Shown in pieces: positions 51,210 through 61,679 of a stretch of DNA of 64,000 nucleotides. Made by a program: the position numbers and the translations under genes. Origin of the DNA: an uncultured Verrucomicrobiae bacterium (GTDB taxonomy: Bacteria > Verrucomicrobiota > Verrucomicrobiia > Chthoniobacterales > UBA10450); the NCBI GenBank assembly GCA_963772365.1, contig CAVYXA010000003.1, forward strand, positions 96,001-160,000. The letters are read 5' to 3'. Position 1 is the first letter of the stretch. The number at the start of each line of letters is the position of its first letter. The notes under the pieces were generated by a model that did not search any database, was not told where the DNA came from, and saw only the letters and a program-made list of their open reading frames with translations.

Positions 51210-52121
51210 CTAAATTGATGCCACCAGGACGCTCGATTGAATGAACGAGCACAATCGGTCGCCAGCAGAAACCTCAAAGCGAAACGCCACCGATCTCGAT
51301 ATATCTCGGTCCTTAACGGATTCCTTGGCGAGCGGCGTCCAGAGTGTCGAACGGACTTGGGCGAGCAGCTTCTCACGGGTGTATGGCTTGGGAATAAAGC
51401 CGCGCAGGCCTTGTCCAAGCATTGCGCTGACCTTTTCTTGTTCTGCAAAGCCGCTGCTCAACACTACGTCGATGTTCGGGTTCAAAGCCCGCAATTCATC
51501 GAACACAGCGTCTCCATCAATCACCGGCAAAAAGAAATCCAGAATGACGAGTCCGATCTTCTTGCCCATTCGCTGATAGATTTGCAGTGCCTCAAAACCA
51601 TCTCGCGCCAGAATGACTTTGTATCCTTCGTCAGTGAGCATGTCGGCTGCAAGCTCGGCGATGGCCGCATCGTCTTCGATAATCAGAACGCATTCGCGAA
51701 TACCTTTTGGATTGCGGATTTCGATGCCGCTGGTCTCAGCCGTCGCCACTTGCGTAGCATGCGGCGAGCTGGCGTTAGTGAACGTAAGCTGTGGCTTCTC
51801 AACCGAACCAAAGTTCGCCGCCGCTGGCACGGGGATGGAGACAGCAGGCACTGGAAGGGGAACGACTGTGAATATTGGTTGTGCACCGGGAAATGGGTTC
51901 GTTCTTTCGGTTGTCCTGGCGAGAATCTTTGAGGTAACGCGGTCGAAGAGTGTTTGCGCTGTTTTAGCCGCCAGTTCGACCCGATCGCCTAACAAATCAA
52001 GATAGTGATGCTCGCCCTTGTGCCGCCGGGCCAGATCGGTGTACCGGGCAAGTTGTTGCAGCGATGAGTTGAGATTCGTGGATGTCTTTGCGATCCACTT
52101 CAGATCTTCCTGATCGAGCAT
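51210..52121 (-). CDS. Response regulator receiver protein (C-terminus probably extended by an indel)
   Basis: LIIEDD, LVILDFFLP, LSSG, FIPKPY. Confidence 0.85.
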   Translation of the reverse strand: MLDQEDLKWIAKTSTNLNSSLQQLARYTDLARRHKGEHHYLDLLGDRVELAAKTAQTLFDRVTSKILARTTERTNPFPGAQPIFTVVPLPVPAVSIPVPAAANFGSVEKPQLTFTNASSPHATQVATAETSGIEIRNPKGIRECVLIIEDDAAIAELAADMLTDEGYKVILARDGFEALQIYQRMGKKIGLVILDFFLPVIDGDAVFDELRALNPNIDVVLSSGFAEQEKVSAMLGQGLRGFIPKPYTREKLLAQVRSTLWTPLAKESVKDRDISRSVAFRFEVSAGDRLCSFIQSSVLVASI

Positions 52122-52484
52122 AGGGGGATTCGGTTACAAACTAATCATCGCCTTGGCATGTCCATACGGCCCAAACGAGCATGGCGAAGGAGACCAGGGA
52201 AAGGGAAACAATTCGGGCCATTTCATCCACCGATGAGCACGGCCCGTGCCGTCGATCCTCTGCCACTGGCTATGGAAAGGCTCGTCTCGCTAGACTCTCG
52301 CGGCTCTGCGGGAACGAAAAATAGTTCCCGAACGGAACTTGCCAGTTTGATTAAGAAACCAGTCAATTCGCTACCCACGCCGGGCGAGATGGATTGGCGT
52401 CATCTGCCCGGCAAACCGTGGGATTGGAAGCTTGTCCGCGTTTCGAATGCCAGCCTGGAAATTCCAGGTTGCGGCTAAGTTACA

Positions 52485-53672
52485 TTATCGGTGATATGCG
52501 CTGAGCAGCTCGTGCACACGATCGTGAGGCAAAGCATCGACATGATGATTGTCGCGCCCGGTCATGGAATGATTGTCGACCAACGCGTTCACCACAGCCT
52601 CTTCTGTCGCTTCCACCACCCCGGCAAAAATCGGGTCGAGCAGATCATTCGGAATTGTCTCAACGGAATGCGTGATCTGATCACTGTTCGCGACATTCCG
52701 ATTGGCGGTTGAAAACGCGATGAATAAATCACCGGACCCATTTCCCGAAACTGTTCCCGTCCGGGCGAGCCCAAGCGAAACGCGCCGGGCCAATCGCTTC
52801 AATTGACCGGCAATAAGGGAGCATCAGTGGCCACAACTGCGATGCACGAGCCGTTCTCCTGTTTATAGACTTGGCCGGGAATTTCTTTCCCTACAGGAAC
52901 ACCCGCAATCGTAAGCTGGGCGCGACGGCCGAAATTTGCCTGAAGAAAAACACCCACGGTGTAGGTCCTTGGCGGCGCATCTTTGCAAGTCGGATGTCGA
53001 TCTTGCGAGACGAAGTGCCGTTTCCGCCTTTGAACTCATAACAGATCATTCCCGTGCCGCCGCCCACGCTGCCTTCTTCGACGTTCCGCCATGGGCAGAA
53101 TCGAGCGCATGAAAAACATCTTCCGGTTTCACATGGAACCCATTGATGTCGTTAAGCCATCCATCCCACGTCTCCGCCACCACCGGCAAACTCCACCAAT
53201 ATCCAGTTTTGTCGGCTGCTCCGTGGTTGACGCGCCATGTGATTACTGCGTCCCGAGCAACACCGACGCTGTGCGTATTTGTGATCACAACCGGACCTTC
53301 GAAAAATCCGCTCTCTTCAACCCACGCGTCCCGGTCATTTCTCCATTGCCGTTTAAACTGAAATAGCCCGCATAAACTGGATCATTGAGTGATGTCGGGC
53401 CCGCGTGGAAGGATTGCTGTTACCCCGGTGCGAACCGGGCCTTTACCGACTTCAAGTTTCCCTTCCCCGCTGATCAGGGTGGTGTAGCCGACTTCCACGC
53501 CAGCGACATCGGTGATCGCGTTTAGTTTTCCTGGCGTTCCATCGAATGGAACTCCCAAGTCGCGAGCGCGAACAATAGCCTGCCCTTCGTAGCCTTGGCG
53601 AAGATGGGTCGATCTTACCGGAGGCGATTTCTGCGGCTCGCGCGCAATCGCATCGAGCATAAGCAGGACCAT
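52485..53672 (-). CDS. DmpA/P1 (S58) family aminopeptidase, multiple frameshifts
   Basis: RARDLG..G..NAITDVAGVEVG, VRTGVTAILP, LPVVAETWDGWLNDI, NGSGDLFIAFST. Confidence 0.88.
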
Positions 53673-53723
53673 GCAGTAATAGCGAGGAGAAACCCGAAGA
53701 GCGACGCGATTTCATTTCCCGAT

Positions 53724-53752
53724 CTATCAACTATCAACTACCCACCATCAAC
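53724..53752. repeat. Degenerate tandem heptamer
   Basis: CTATCAA CTATCAA CTACCCA CCATCAA upstream of dnaX. Confidence 0.6.
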
Positions 53753-53773
53753 TTTTCCGTTTAGATTCAATCC

Positions 53774-55353
53774 GTGAGCTACGAGGTTTTTGCCCGCAAA
53801 TATCGGCCACAGACTTTCGATGATCTGGTTGGGCAGGCACATGTTTCGCAGACGCTGAAAAATGCCGTCACCCAGAACCGGCTGGCGCATGCGTATCTTT
53901 TTGTTGGACCACGCGGGATCGGGAAAACATCGACAGCGCGCATTCTCGCTAAGGCACTGAATTGCGTGAACGGTCCAACGGCGACGCCATGCGGCGTGTG
54001 CGATAATTGTCGCGAAATCGCCGCCGGAAACTGCCTCGACGTCATCGAGATTGATGGCGCCAGCAATAACAGCGTCGAGGATGTGCGCGAGCTTCGCGAC
54101 AATGTCCGTTACGCGCCGGCGAAAGGTCGTTACAAGATTTATCTTGATCGACGAGGTCCACATGCTTTCGCAGGCGGCGTTTAACGCCCTGCTCAAAACG
54201 CTCGAGGAACCGCCGCCGCACGTGAAATTTATTTTCGCTACGACCGAGCCGCAGAAGGTTTTGCCGACAATTCTCAGCCGTTGTCAGCGGTTCGATCTTC
54301 ATCGCATCCCGGCGAATCTAATTGCGAACCATCTGCAATTCATTGCCGGTAAAGAAAAAGTTTCGCTCGAGCCCGCGGCTGCACACGCCATTGCCCGGGG
54401 CGCCGAAGGCGGTCTGCGCGATGCGGAATCGATGCTCGATCAATTGGTCGCGTTTTGCGGAGAAAAAATCAGAGAGACCGACGTGCTTAGCATTTTCGGA
54501 TTTACTGCCGAACAAACGGTTGTCGATCTTACCGGAAGGATCCTGCGTGCGAAGGCAGCAGACGCGCTCGATTTACTTTACGAACAGATGCGAGTCCGGG
54601 AAGGACATGATGCGGCTGATGTCGGATTTGATTGTTTATCTGCGCGATCTCTTGGTGTACAAGGCAAAACCGGAAGCGCTGAAGGAAGATGTCGATCCTG
54701 AAACGCAAAAGGCTCTGGCGGAACAGGCGGAGTTGATCGCGACCGATCGGTTGCTGGAATTAATCGATCAATTCGCCGCCGCCGAAGGCCGAATGAAATG
54801 GGCGCCGAACAAGAAACTGCATTTCGAAGTTGCGATCATTAAAGCGATCCAAAGCCTGGGACAGGCCACGCTCGATGAAGTAATCGAAAAACTGGGCGAT
54901 CTGCGCGATGGTAGGGCGCGCTTGCCGAGCGCGCCGAAAGCAGAGACGAAGATTGCACGAGTTGCCGAAGCAGACCCCGGATATGGGGCCAAAAAGATCC
55001 CCTCGAATGTCGATCCTGCGGAGCTGTGGAAAGAGGTGAATGAGAAAATTCCGCCGCAAAAGGCATTCTTGCGAAACACTGCCGGTGCGGCTCACGTGCT
55101 CGGAATCGATGGCCGCCATTTGCAGCTTGGCTTCGCGCCCAGCGACAAATCGTTGATGGAAATCATGGGAACGCAGGCGAATCGCGCGGTTATCGAAAAG
55201 CTCGTGCGAGAGGTCACTGGTAAAGAGTTTTCCATCAAGCTCAGCCTTGATGAAAAGCTCACGGAGAAAGCAGTTCCGCGATCGCGGGAACCCAAAGACG
55301 ATCCGCTAATCCAGGAGGCGATCGAGATGTTTGAAGGAAAACTCAGATCCTGA
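53774..55353 (+). CDS. dnaX: DNA polymerase III subunit gamma/tau, two apparent frameshifts
   Basis: ARKYRPQTF, GPRGIGKT, EIDGASN, DEVHML, AFNALLKTLEEPP, SRCQRF. Confidence 0.95.
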
Positions 55354-55357
55354 CGAT

Positions 55358-55663
55358 ATGAACCTGAACAAGTTAATGAAGCAGGCGCAGAAGATGCAGG
55401 AGCAAATGGCCCAGGCGCAGGCCGAGCTCGCGAAGAAAACCGTCGAGGTCCAGGCCGGCGGCGGCAAAGTCAACGTCGTGGCGAACGGCGCAGGCGAAAT
55501 CATTTCGATCAAGATCGACAAAGCGATTGTCGATCCGAACGATGTCGAGTTTCTTGAAGAAGTGGTGCTGAGCGGCGTCAAAGGCGCTATCGAGCAAGGC
55601 AAGGCGCTGGCTCAATCTGAGATGACCAAGATCACCGGTGGCATGGGAATGCCGGGATTGTAG
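55358..55663 (+). CDS. ybaB: YbaB/EbfC nucleoid-associated protein
   Basis: LMKQAQKMQE, AGGGKV, VDPNDVEFLE; follows dnaX. Confidence 0.95.
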   Translation: MNLNKLMKQAQKMQEQMAQAQAELAKKTVEVQAGGGKVNVVANGAGEIISIKIDKAIVDPNDVEFLEEVVLSGVKGAIEQGKALAQSEMTKITGGMGMPGL

Positions 55664-55718
55664 GGCAACCGCATCGGTTGCCCGGGTAACGCGAAGGCAG
55701 GCGGAGCGCCTGCCCTAC
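55660..55718. repeat. GTAG REP doublet between convergent genes
   Basis: GTAGGGCAACCGCATCGGTTGCCC ... GGCAGGCGGAGCGCCTGCCCTAC. Confidence 0.85.
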
Positions 55719-56500
55719 AACGCGCCAATTGTTCGTTGGTGTTTTTCATAGACGCACACTTCGCGAATGCCGAGGATCGACATCTTCTCGGCGAGGCGGT
55801 CGTAGTTCTCTCCTAATTGCGCGTGCGAATGAGCATCGGAAGCAGTGGTGAATGGAATGCCCTTTTTCATGGCGAGCCGAATGATTTCGTCGCTCGGATA
55901 AAGCTCATCGACCGGCTTGCGCCAGCCGGCGGTCGAGAGTTCAATCGCGAGATTGCGAGAGCGGATGAGATCGAGCGTTTCATCGACAATCGCCCGGACA
56001 TCACCGCAGGGACGATGACCATGGATCTTGATGAGATCGAGATGAGATAGACAATCGACGAGACCGGTGGAGGCGATCTCGCGGATGCGTCGAAAATAAT
56101 CTTCGTAGACTTCGTTGATATCGCGTCCGACGAATTGCCCCGCGCCCTCGGGGATGGTGTCGAACATCTGCGTCGGATCATCGAGGTAATGAACCGAGTC
56201 CGAGAACAAAATCGAGTTTGTCCCAGTTTTTCTCGACCCAATTTCTGCCGGCGGCTGAAGTTTGCGGATCATTATCGAGCTCAATGCCGGCACGAATTTT
56301 CACATCCGTATTCGTGTCGCGGAGTTTATCGATTTCATCGAAATCGATGCCGGCGTGAAAACGATCGTGATCGGTGAAAGCGATATCGTTAAGCCATGCT
56401 TGCGCGCGCTGTCGATCCAGGGTTGCAACAAAGCGGCGGAATATGGTTGGACCCGATGACCCTGGGGATGAGTGTGATAATCGGAGAAGAGTTTCGTAAT
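55715..56500 (-). CDS. PHP-family histidinol-phosphatase-like protein, frameshifted, start uncertain
   Basis: SDYHTH, SVHYL, SHLDLIK, IELSTAG.RK...YP, ASDAH. Confidence 0.82.
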
Positions 56501-56510
56501 CGCTTCGTTT

Positions 56511-56584
56511 GTAGCGGCGGTCAATGAGCGTCGCAAACTTTCACGCTGAAAACAGCGGCGGTCACAGACTTTCGGGGCCGCTAC
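56511..56584. repeat. GTAG REP doublet
   Basis: GTAGCGGCGGTCAATGAGCGTCGC ... GCCGCTAC; same family as 59281. Confidence 0.85.
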
Positions 56585-56590
56585 AGCGGG

Positions 56591-57188
56591 TCAGGGCGCA
56601 GTGAGAAATTTCTGGTGGACACGAAGCTCTGGATAATTCGGGAAGAAAACTTCGACGGTGAAAACCCGATTCGACGTGAGATCGCGCGTAGCAATCGTCT
56701 CGTTGTATTCCACCTGTTCTCCTGGGTTAATTAACACCGTGCCCGAGCGTCTTGTTAATGGCATGATTCTCCGACCAGCGAGTCAGGATGCTTGTCAATC
56801 GGATTCAAGAGATAAATCTCGATTCGTTGATCCGTTGGAAAATCGAGCACCACAGCGCGCTTTCCCTGATTGCCCAGAGTCAATTTGATCTCAAGCTGGC
56901 GCACTTCCGAGAGCTTGACATTTCCGGCGAGATATGCAGATCAAGCACCAGACCGCGCAACTTGGGATTCTGGTATGTCGGAGCGCTCCGTTTGGACGAG
57001 CTAAAAGGGTGCAGGATGCGGCTAAACCAGCTTCTTTTCTGCGGTTTTGGTTGCGGGGGCCGTTTCGGTTGGGCGCGGGCTCCGGAGTGGATTGGGCCTG
57101 AGGCGAAGGCGTAGGCACAAATTCCTGGGCCGGTAAATCGGTCCGCCAGAAAAGAGAGCGCGAGAAGCAATGGAAAATTGCGTTTCAT
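56591..57188 (-). CDS. Secreted protein with BsuPI-like Ig domain, frameshifted
   Basis: Signal peptide, P-rich linker, then FPTDQRIEI..WSENH..LINPGEQVEY across frames. Confidence 0.6.
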
Positions 57189-57261
57189 GAAGCGAAGTTG
57201 AAACAGCCCCGAAATCTTTCTGGGTTGCAGAAGTCACTGTCAAACCCTTTATCAATCGCCC

Positions 57262-57745
57262 ATGAGGTTGCTCTGGGCGATTGCTTTCTTTCTGGTGCTC
57301 TCCTCTCCGTCCCGGTCGCGAAAGATCGACATTGCATGTTGCGGCTGCATATGGAGGCGAATCCCCACGATACATCGGAATTTTTGCCACCTCCGTCCGG
57401 GCGAAGGTTTCCGGGCGCGATGTTGCCATTGAGCGGCTGGCGCGAATTTCGGAATGGGACGTTTCCGCATTTTACCCTTATCAAGCGAGCGATGGCAGCT
57501 ATGGCGCGTTGCTTCAACTCGACGAGCATGGGCGGGTGGCGCTCGAGGCACTCAGTATCGAGCGGCGTGGCAGTTTGCTTTTTGTTTTCGTCAATGGGCG
57601 GCCGATCACCGAGTTTGAGATCGATAAGCGCGTTTCCGATGGCCAGATTTATATTCCCTCGGGACTGACGGCTTCCGATATCCAGTTGATGAAAAAAGAT
57701 TGGCGATTGATGCGGAAGAAGAGCGGAGACGTGGACGCTAGTTAG
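57262..57745 (+). CDS. Exported hypothetical protein (SecDF head-like region), frameshifted
   Basis: GALLQLDEHG..LFVFVNGRPI..IDKRVSDGQIYIPSGLT. Confidence 0.55.
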
Positions 57746-57747
57746 TG

Positions 57748-58785
57748 ATGCGTTCCTTTGCCGGCGCTGTCGTGCTCCTCGTCTTCGCGACACTTGCCGC
57801 GCTCGGACAGGATCACGACCGGCTCAATCTCGTGTTGCCTACCGATAATGGCGCTCTCTTCTCCGGAGACGGACCGGCGTTCTATCAATACATCGAGCGC
57901 GATTACAAAGGAGAAATGTCGAATCCGTGGGAGGGCGGCCAATACGGATTTGTGCGCGATCCGATCGAGACATCCGCGGGAATGGTTTATCGGCGTTTCC
58001 ATGAAGGGATCGATATTCGTTGCATCCACCGTGACGCTCATGGCGAACCCCTCGATGAGGTCCGCGCGATTGCGGATGGCAGGGTCGTCCACACGAACCC
58101 GGTGGTGGGTCATTCCAATTACGGGAAATATGTCGTGATAGAGCATCGCTGGAACGGCTGTAGTTATTACAGCCTTTACGCGCATCTGAGCGCGATCAGC
58201 GTGCAGCCCGGTGAGGAGGTGCAGGGCGGCGAACAAATCGCGGCGATGGGTCACACCGGACAAGGATTAAATCAGGCCCGGGCGCACGTTCATCTCGAGC
58301 TGAACCTGATGCTGAGCCGCCATTTTCAAGATTGGTATGATGCGTTTTTCAAAAACGACCCGAACTACAATGGCATTTACAACGGCTTCAATCTCGCGGG
58401 TCTCGATATTGCGCGCCTCTATCTTGCTCTCCGCGAAAATCCAGCGCTCACTATTCCCGAATTTCTCGCTTCCGAAGAAGTTTTTTACAAAGTGACCTTT
58501 CCACGATCGGCCAGTTTTGATTTGCCGAAAATGTATCCGTGGATGCTTGCAAGCCGTGCGGGACCTGAAACGGCATCCTGGGAGGTTTCATTCGCACGCT
58601 CCGGCTTGCCTCTTAAAATTGAGTCGAGTCAGAAATCGGTGACCGAGCCGGAGCTAACCTATATCGAAGAGAACGCGATCAATTATTCCTATCTCACCGA
58701 ACGTCGCATTAGCGGCCACGGGAAAAATGCGCATCTAACCGAATCGGGAAAACGCTTGATGCGGCTGCTGATTTATCCGGATTGA
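57748..58785 (+). CDS. M23 family metallopeptidase
   Basis: FHEGID, YGKYVVIEH, LYAHL, HVH.E. Confidence 0.92.
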   Translation: MRSFAGAVVLLVFATLAALGQDHDRLNLVLPTDNGALFSGDGPAFYQYIERDYKGEMSNPWEGGQYGFVRDPIETSAGMVYRRFHEGIDIRCIHRDAHGEPLDEVRAIADGRVVHTNPVVGHSNYGKYVVIEHRWNGCSYYSLYAHLSAISVQPGEEVQGGEQIAAMGHTGQGLNQARAHVHLELNLMLSRHFQDWYDAFFKNDPNYNGIYNGFNLAGLDIARLYLALRENPALTIPEFLASEEVFYKVTFPRSASFDLPKMYPWMLASRAGPETASWEVSFARSGLPLKIESSQKSVTEPELTYIEENAINYSYLTERRISGHGKNAHLTESGKRLMRLLIYPD

Positions 58786-58792
58786 CTCGGAT

Positions 58793-59276
58793 TCAGCACG
58801 AAGTCGGGACCCGTTGGGCCAGGGCAACGGCATGAGGAATCGCGCCCAACACGAAGCCGAGGCATTCGACTGCGCCGCTCGGTTTGCCCGGCAGCGCGAT
58901 GACCAGGGAAAGATCGACAATGGCCGCCAGACTGCGCGACAGAATCGCGTTCGGCGTGATTTTCATCGATTCGGCCCGCATCACTTCGCCGAATCCCGGA
59001 ATTTCCACGCGCATGATGGCGCGGATCGCTTCCGGCGTGACATCGCGCTCGGCCACGCCGGTACCGCCGGTGGTCAAAATCAAGCCGCAACCTTGCTAGA
59101 AAACGAGCGGACCGTTTCCTGGATGCGCGCGCATCGTCGGGAACAATCGCCTCGGCCAGGACTTGCCAGCCATATTTTGAGCAAACTCTTTCACGCCGGC
59201 CCGCCAAGATCGACATATTGCCCGAGCTGGCGCGATCTGAAATCGTAATGATGCCAACGCTGAATTTGCATTCCAA
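58793..59276 (-). CDS. mog: Molybdopterin adenylyltransferase (Mog/MoaB), frameshifted
   Basis: IITISDRAS, LTTGGTG..RDVTPEA, IPGFGE, LPGKP. Confidence 0.88.
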
Positions 59277-59280
59277 TTCT

Positions 59281-59347
59281 GTAGCGGCGGTCTATGAGCG
59301 TCGCATTATTTTTTTCGGATCGAGCGACGGTCATAGACCGCCGCTAC
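59281..59347. repeat. GTAG REP doublet
   Basis: GTAGCGGCGGTCTATGA ... TCATAGACCGCCGCTAC. Confidence 0.9.
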
Positions 59348-59796
59348 AGATGCTGCTTCATTTTCTGAATCAGTCGCACATCTGAAATCCGCATCTCCTC
59401 ATCAACGGCCTTGCACATGTCGTAGATCGTAAGTAGCGCGACGGCACGCCAGTGAGCGCTTCCATTTCCACACCGGTCTGGGCGATGGTTTTGGCCGTGC
59501 ATTTCGCTTCCGCACCGTCTCGCGACCTCACGATGTCGATCTTGACTTCACTCAACGGCAATGTGTGGCAAAGCGGAATCAGATGCGCGGTTTGCTTCGC
59601 CGCCTGAATGCCGGCAATTCGGGCAGTCGCGAAGACATTACCTTTGGCGATTTGATCGGTCGAGATCAAGTCAGATCGTCTCGCGCTGAAGCTTGATCTT
59701 TCCGGCGGCGACTGCTCTTCGCGCGCTGATCGGCTTGGCCGAAACATCAACCATCTGCGCGCGACCATCGACCGCGATGTGAGTGAGGCGTTTCAT
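59344..59796 (-). CDS. moaC: Cyclic pyranopterin monophosphate synthase MoaC, frameshifted
   Basis: [45 protein letters not shown]. Confidence 0.92.
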
Positions 59797-59812
59797 TTCC
59801 ACTATCTTGCGT

Positions 59813-59937
59813 TCTCATTCCTGCATGACGGGAGAAGAATCTCCAGTCATTTTCTCCGACACGTCAAAACCAATAGTTTGAGATGTTTCGCTTCGCTCAA
59901 TTCGCCACAGGACGAATCCGCCGCGGCGGACATGACA
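59813..59937. repeat. Family A palindrome with a nested insertion
   Basis: AGAATCTCC ... AGATGTTTCGCTTCGCTCAA[30-nt insert]CATGACA. Confidence 0.75.
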
Positions 59938-59966
59938 AGGGCGGAAATTCCGCTACCACATGTCGC

Positions 59967-61024
59967 TCAGCCGCCGATGGCGACCATTTTGCGACCGGGC
60001 TGGTAGTTATCGCGAAAGTCGTGCTGCTTGAGGCTTTCGATCGACTACATCGCGAAAAAACTGCCGCAGTTCTTCGTCGGTCGCCCCGGCGCGCAGTGGC
60101 TCCATGATATCGAACTCGAGATAGCTTCCGAGACATGGGCGTAGCTTTCCGTCGCAGGTCAATCGCAGCTTGTTGCAGCTTTCGCAGAAGTGCAGATTGG
60201 TCATGGCGCCGATGAAACCGATCCGCTGCGTCCGCCCGGGGATCTGATAATACGTGGCCGGTCCGTTGGTTCGGAACGACGGCTCGGGAATCAACTGGCC
60301 AAAGATGCGACTCGATTGCGCGTCTGGCATGCAGGATCGACAGGAAATTCTCGTCGCTTAAAACTTCGGTGGTGCTCACCGGCATCAATTCAATGAAACG
60401 CAGAATCAAATTGCGGCAGGCGGCGAATTCGACCAGCGGAATCAATTGATCTTCGTTACGGCTGCGCATGAGAACGCAGTTCAATTTGATCTGATCAAAT
60501 CCAGCGGCGATCGCCGCCTTGATTCCGTCGAGAACTTGTGAATGAAAATCGCGGCCCGTGATCTGCGGCGTAAAGATGTCGATCCAAAGTATCGAGCGAG
60601 ATGTTGACCGATCGCACGCCAGCATTGCGAAGCGCCATTGCCATGGTTGTAGCCGTGGGCGCTGAACACGGCTCACTTCGATCAGCCCAAGAGTTACCGG
60701 GGTCGCCCCCGGCTAAGCTCGCGCGAGCAACGTTCCGTTCGTCGAGATACCAATGTCGCGAAGGCCGGAAATCTGAGGGAGCTCGCGAACCAGATTGAGA
60801 ACGCCGCGCCGGGTGAGGGGCTCGCCCCCGGTGATCCGCACCTTGGAAACGCCCAGCTCAACGGCGATGCGAATGAGGCGTAACGTTTCTTCGTAGGTCA
60901 AAATGTCCTCTCGCGGAAGCCATTCCTGTAACTCCTGCGGCATGCAATAAGTGCAGCGCTCATTGCAGCGGTCGGTAATCGAAACCCGCAAATAAGAAAT
61001 GCGATGGCCGTAGCGATCCTGCAT
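59967..61024 (-). CDS. moaA: GTP 3',8-cyclase MoaA, frameshifted, with an internal REP
   Basis: YLRVSITDRCNERCTYCM, RITGGEP, RFIELMP, FCESCNKLRLT, MVAIGG-stop. Confidence 0.93.
60649..60715. repeat. GTAG-type REP doublet inside moaA
   Basis: GTAGCCGTGGGCGCTGAACACGGCT ... CCGGGGTCGCCCCCGGCTA. Confidence 0.75.
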
Positions 61025-61097
61025 CCGAGCGCAACGTTACGAACGATAAAGGGTTGAATCAAGGAGGCGGAATGGTTGATTCCAATAAGGAGGTTGT

Positions 61098-61640
61098 ATG
61101 ATTTTCAAAATGAGGCGGCAAATTCTCTCGGGCGCTGATGTTCGGCCTGGCAGCCGGAGCATTGAGTCTAACCAGCTGTTCCACGGTGGAGAGCCGGATC
61201 TCGGATCATCCGGAAATTTACAATTCACTTTCGCCCAACGATCAGGCGCTGATCCGGGAGGGGAGAATTCGTTCGGGAATGTCGATGAACGCGGCCTGGC
61301 TGGCCTGGGGTTCGCCCGAGCAAAAAGTGGTTGGAAACATGCGCGGCCGCGAGACTGAGACTTGGGTTTACATCACGTACAGGACTGCCTACCCCTACGG
61401 GTATCCTTATGGCTATCCTTATGGCCCTTATTACGGATTTGGATTTACCAGCTTCCACCATGGCGGTTCCTTCCACAGCCATGGCCATAACAGATTTGTT
61501 TTCTTCGGCGATGCGTTCTACGATCCGTTCTATTATTCGTACTTTCCCCCGAGCATTCCTGTTCCGTATAAGACGGTCACGTTCGCAAATCGTCGGGTGA
61601 TGTCATTCCAATATCTGGTCGGACCGGTACCGCTGATCGG
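61098..61640 (+). CDS. Lipoprotein with Y/P/G-rich region (both ends uncertain because of indels)
   Basis: AAGGAGG RBS, lipobox LTSC, GRIRSGMS...AWGSP..ETWVY. Confidence 0.65.
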
Positions 61641-61679
61641 CGTTGACTTGCCCGCGAGCAGAGCCAATCTGCACCTGAG

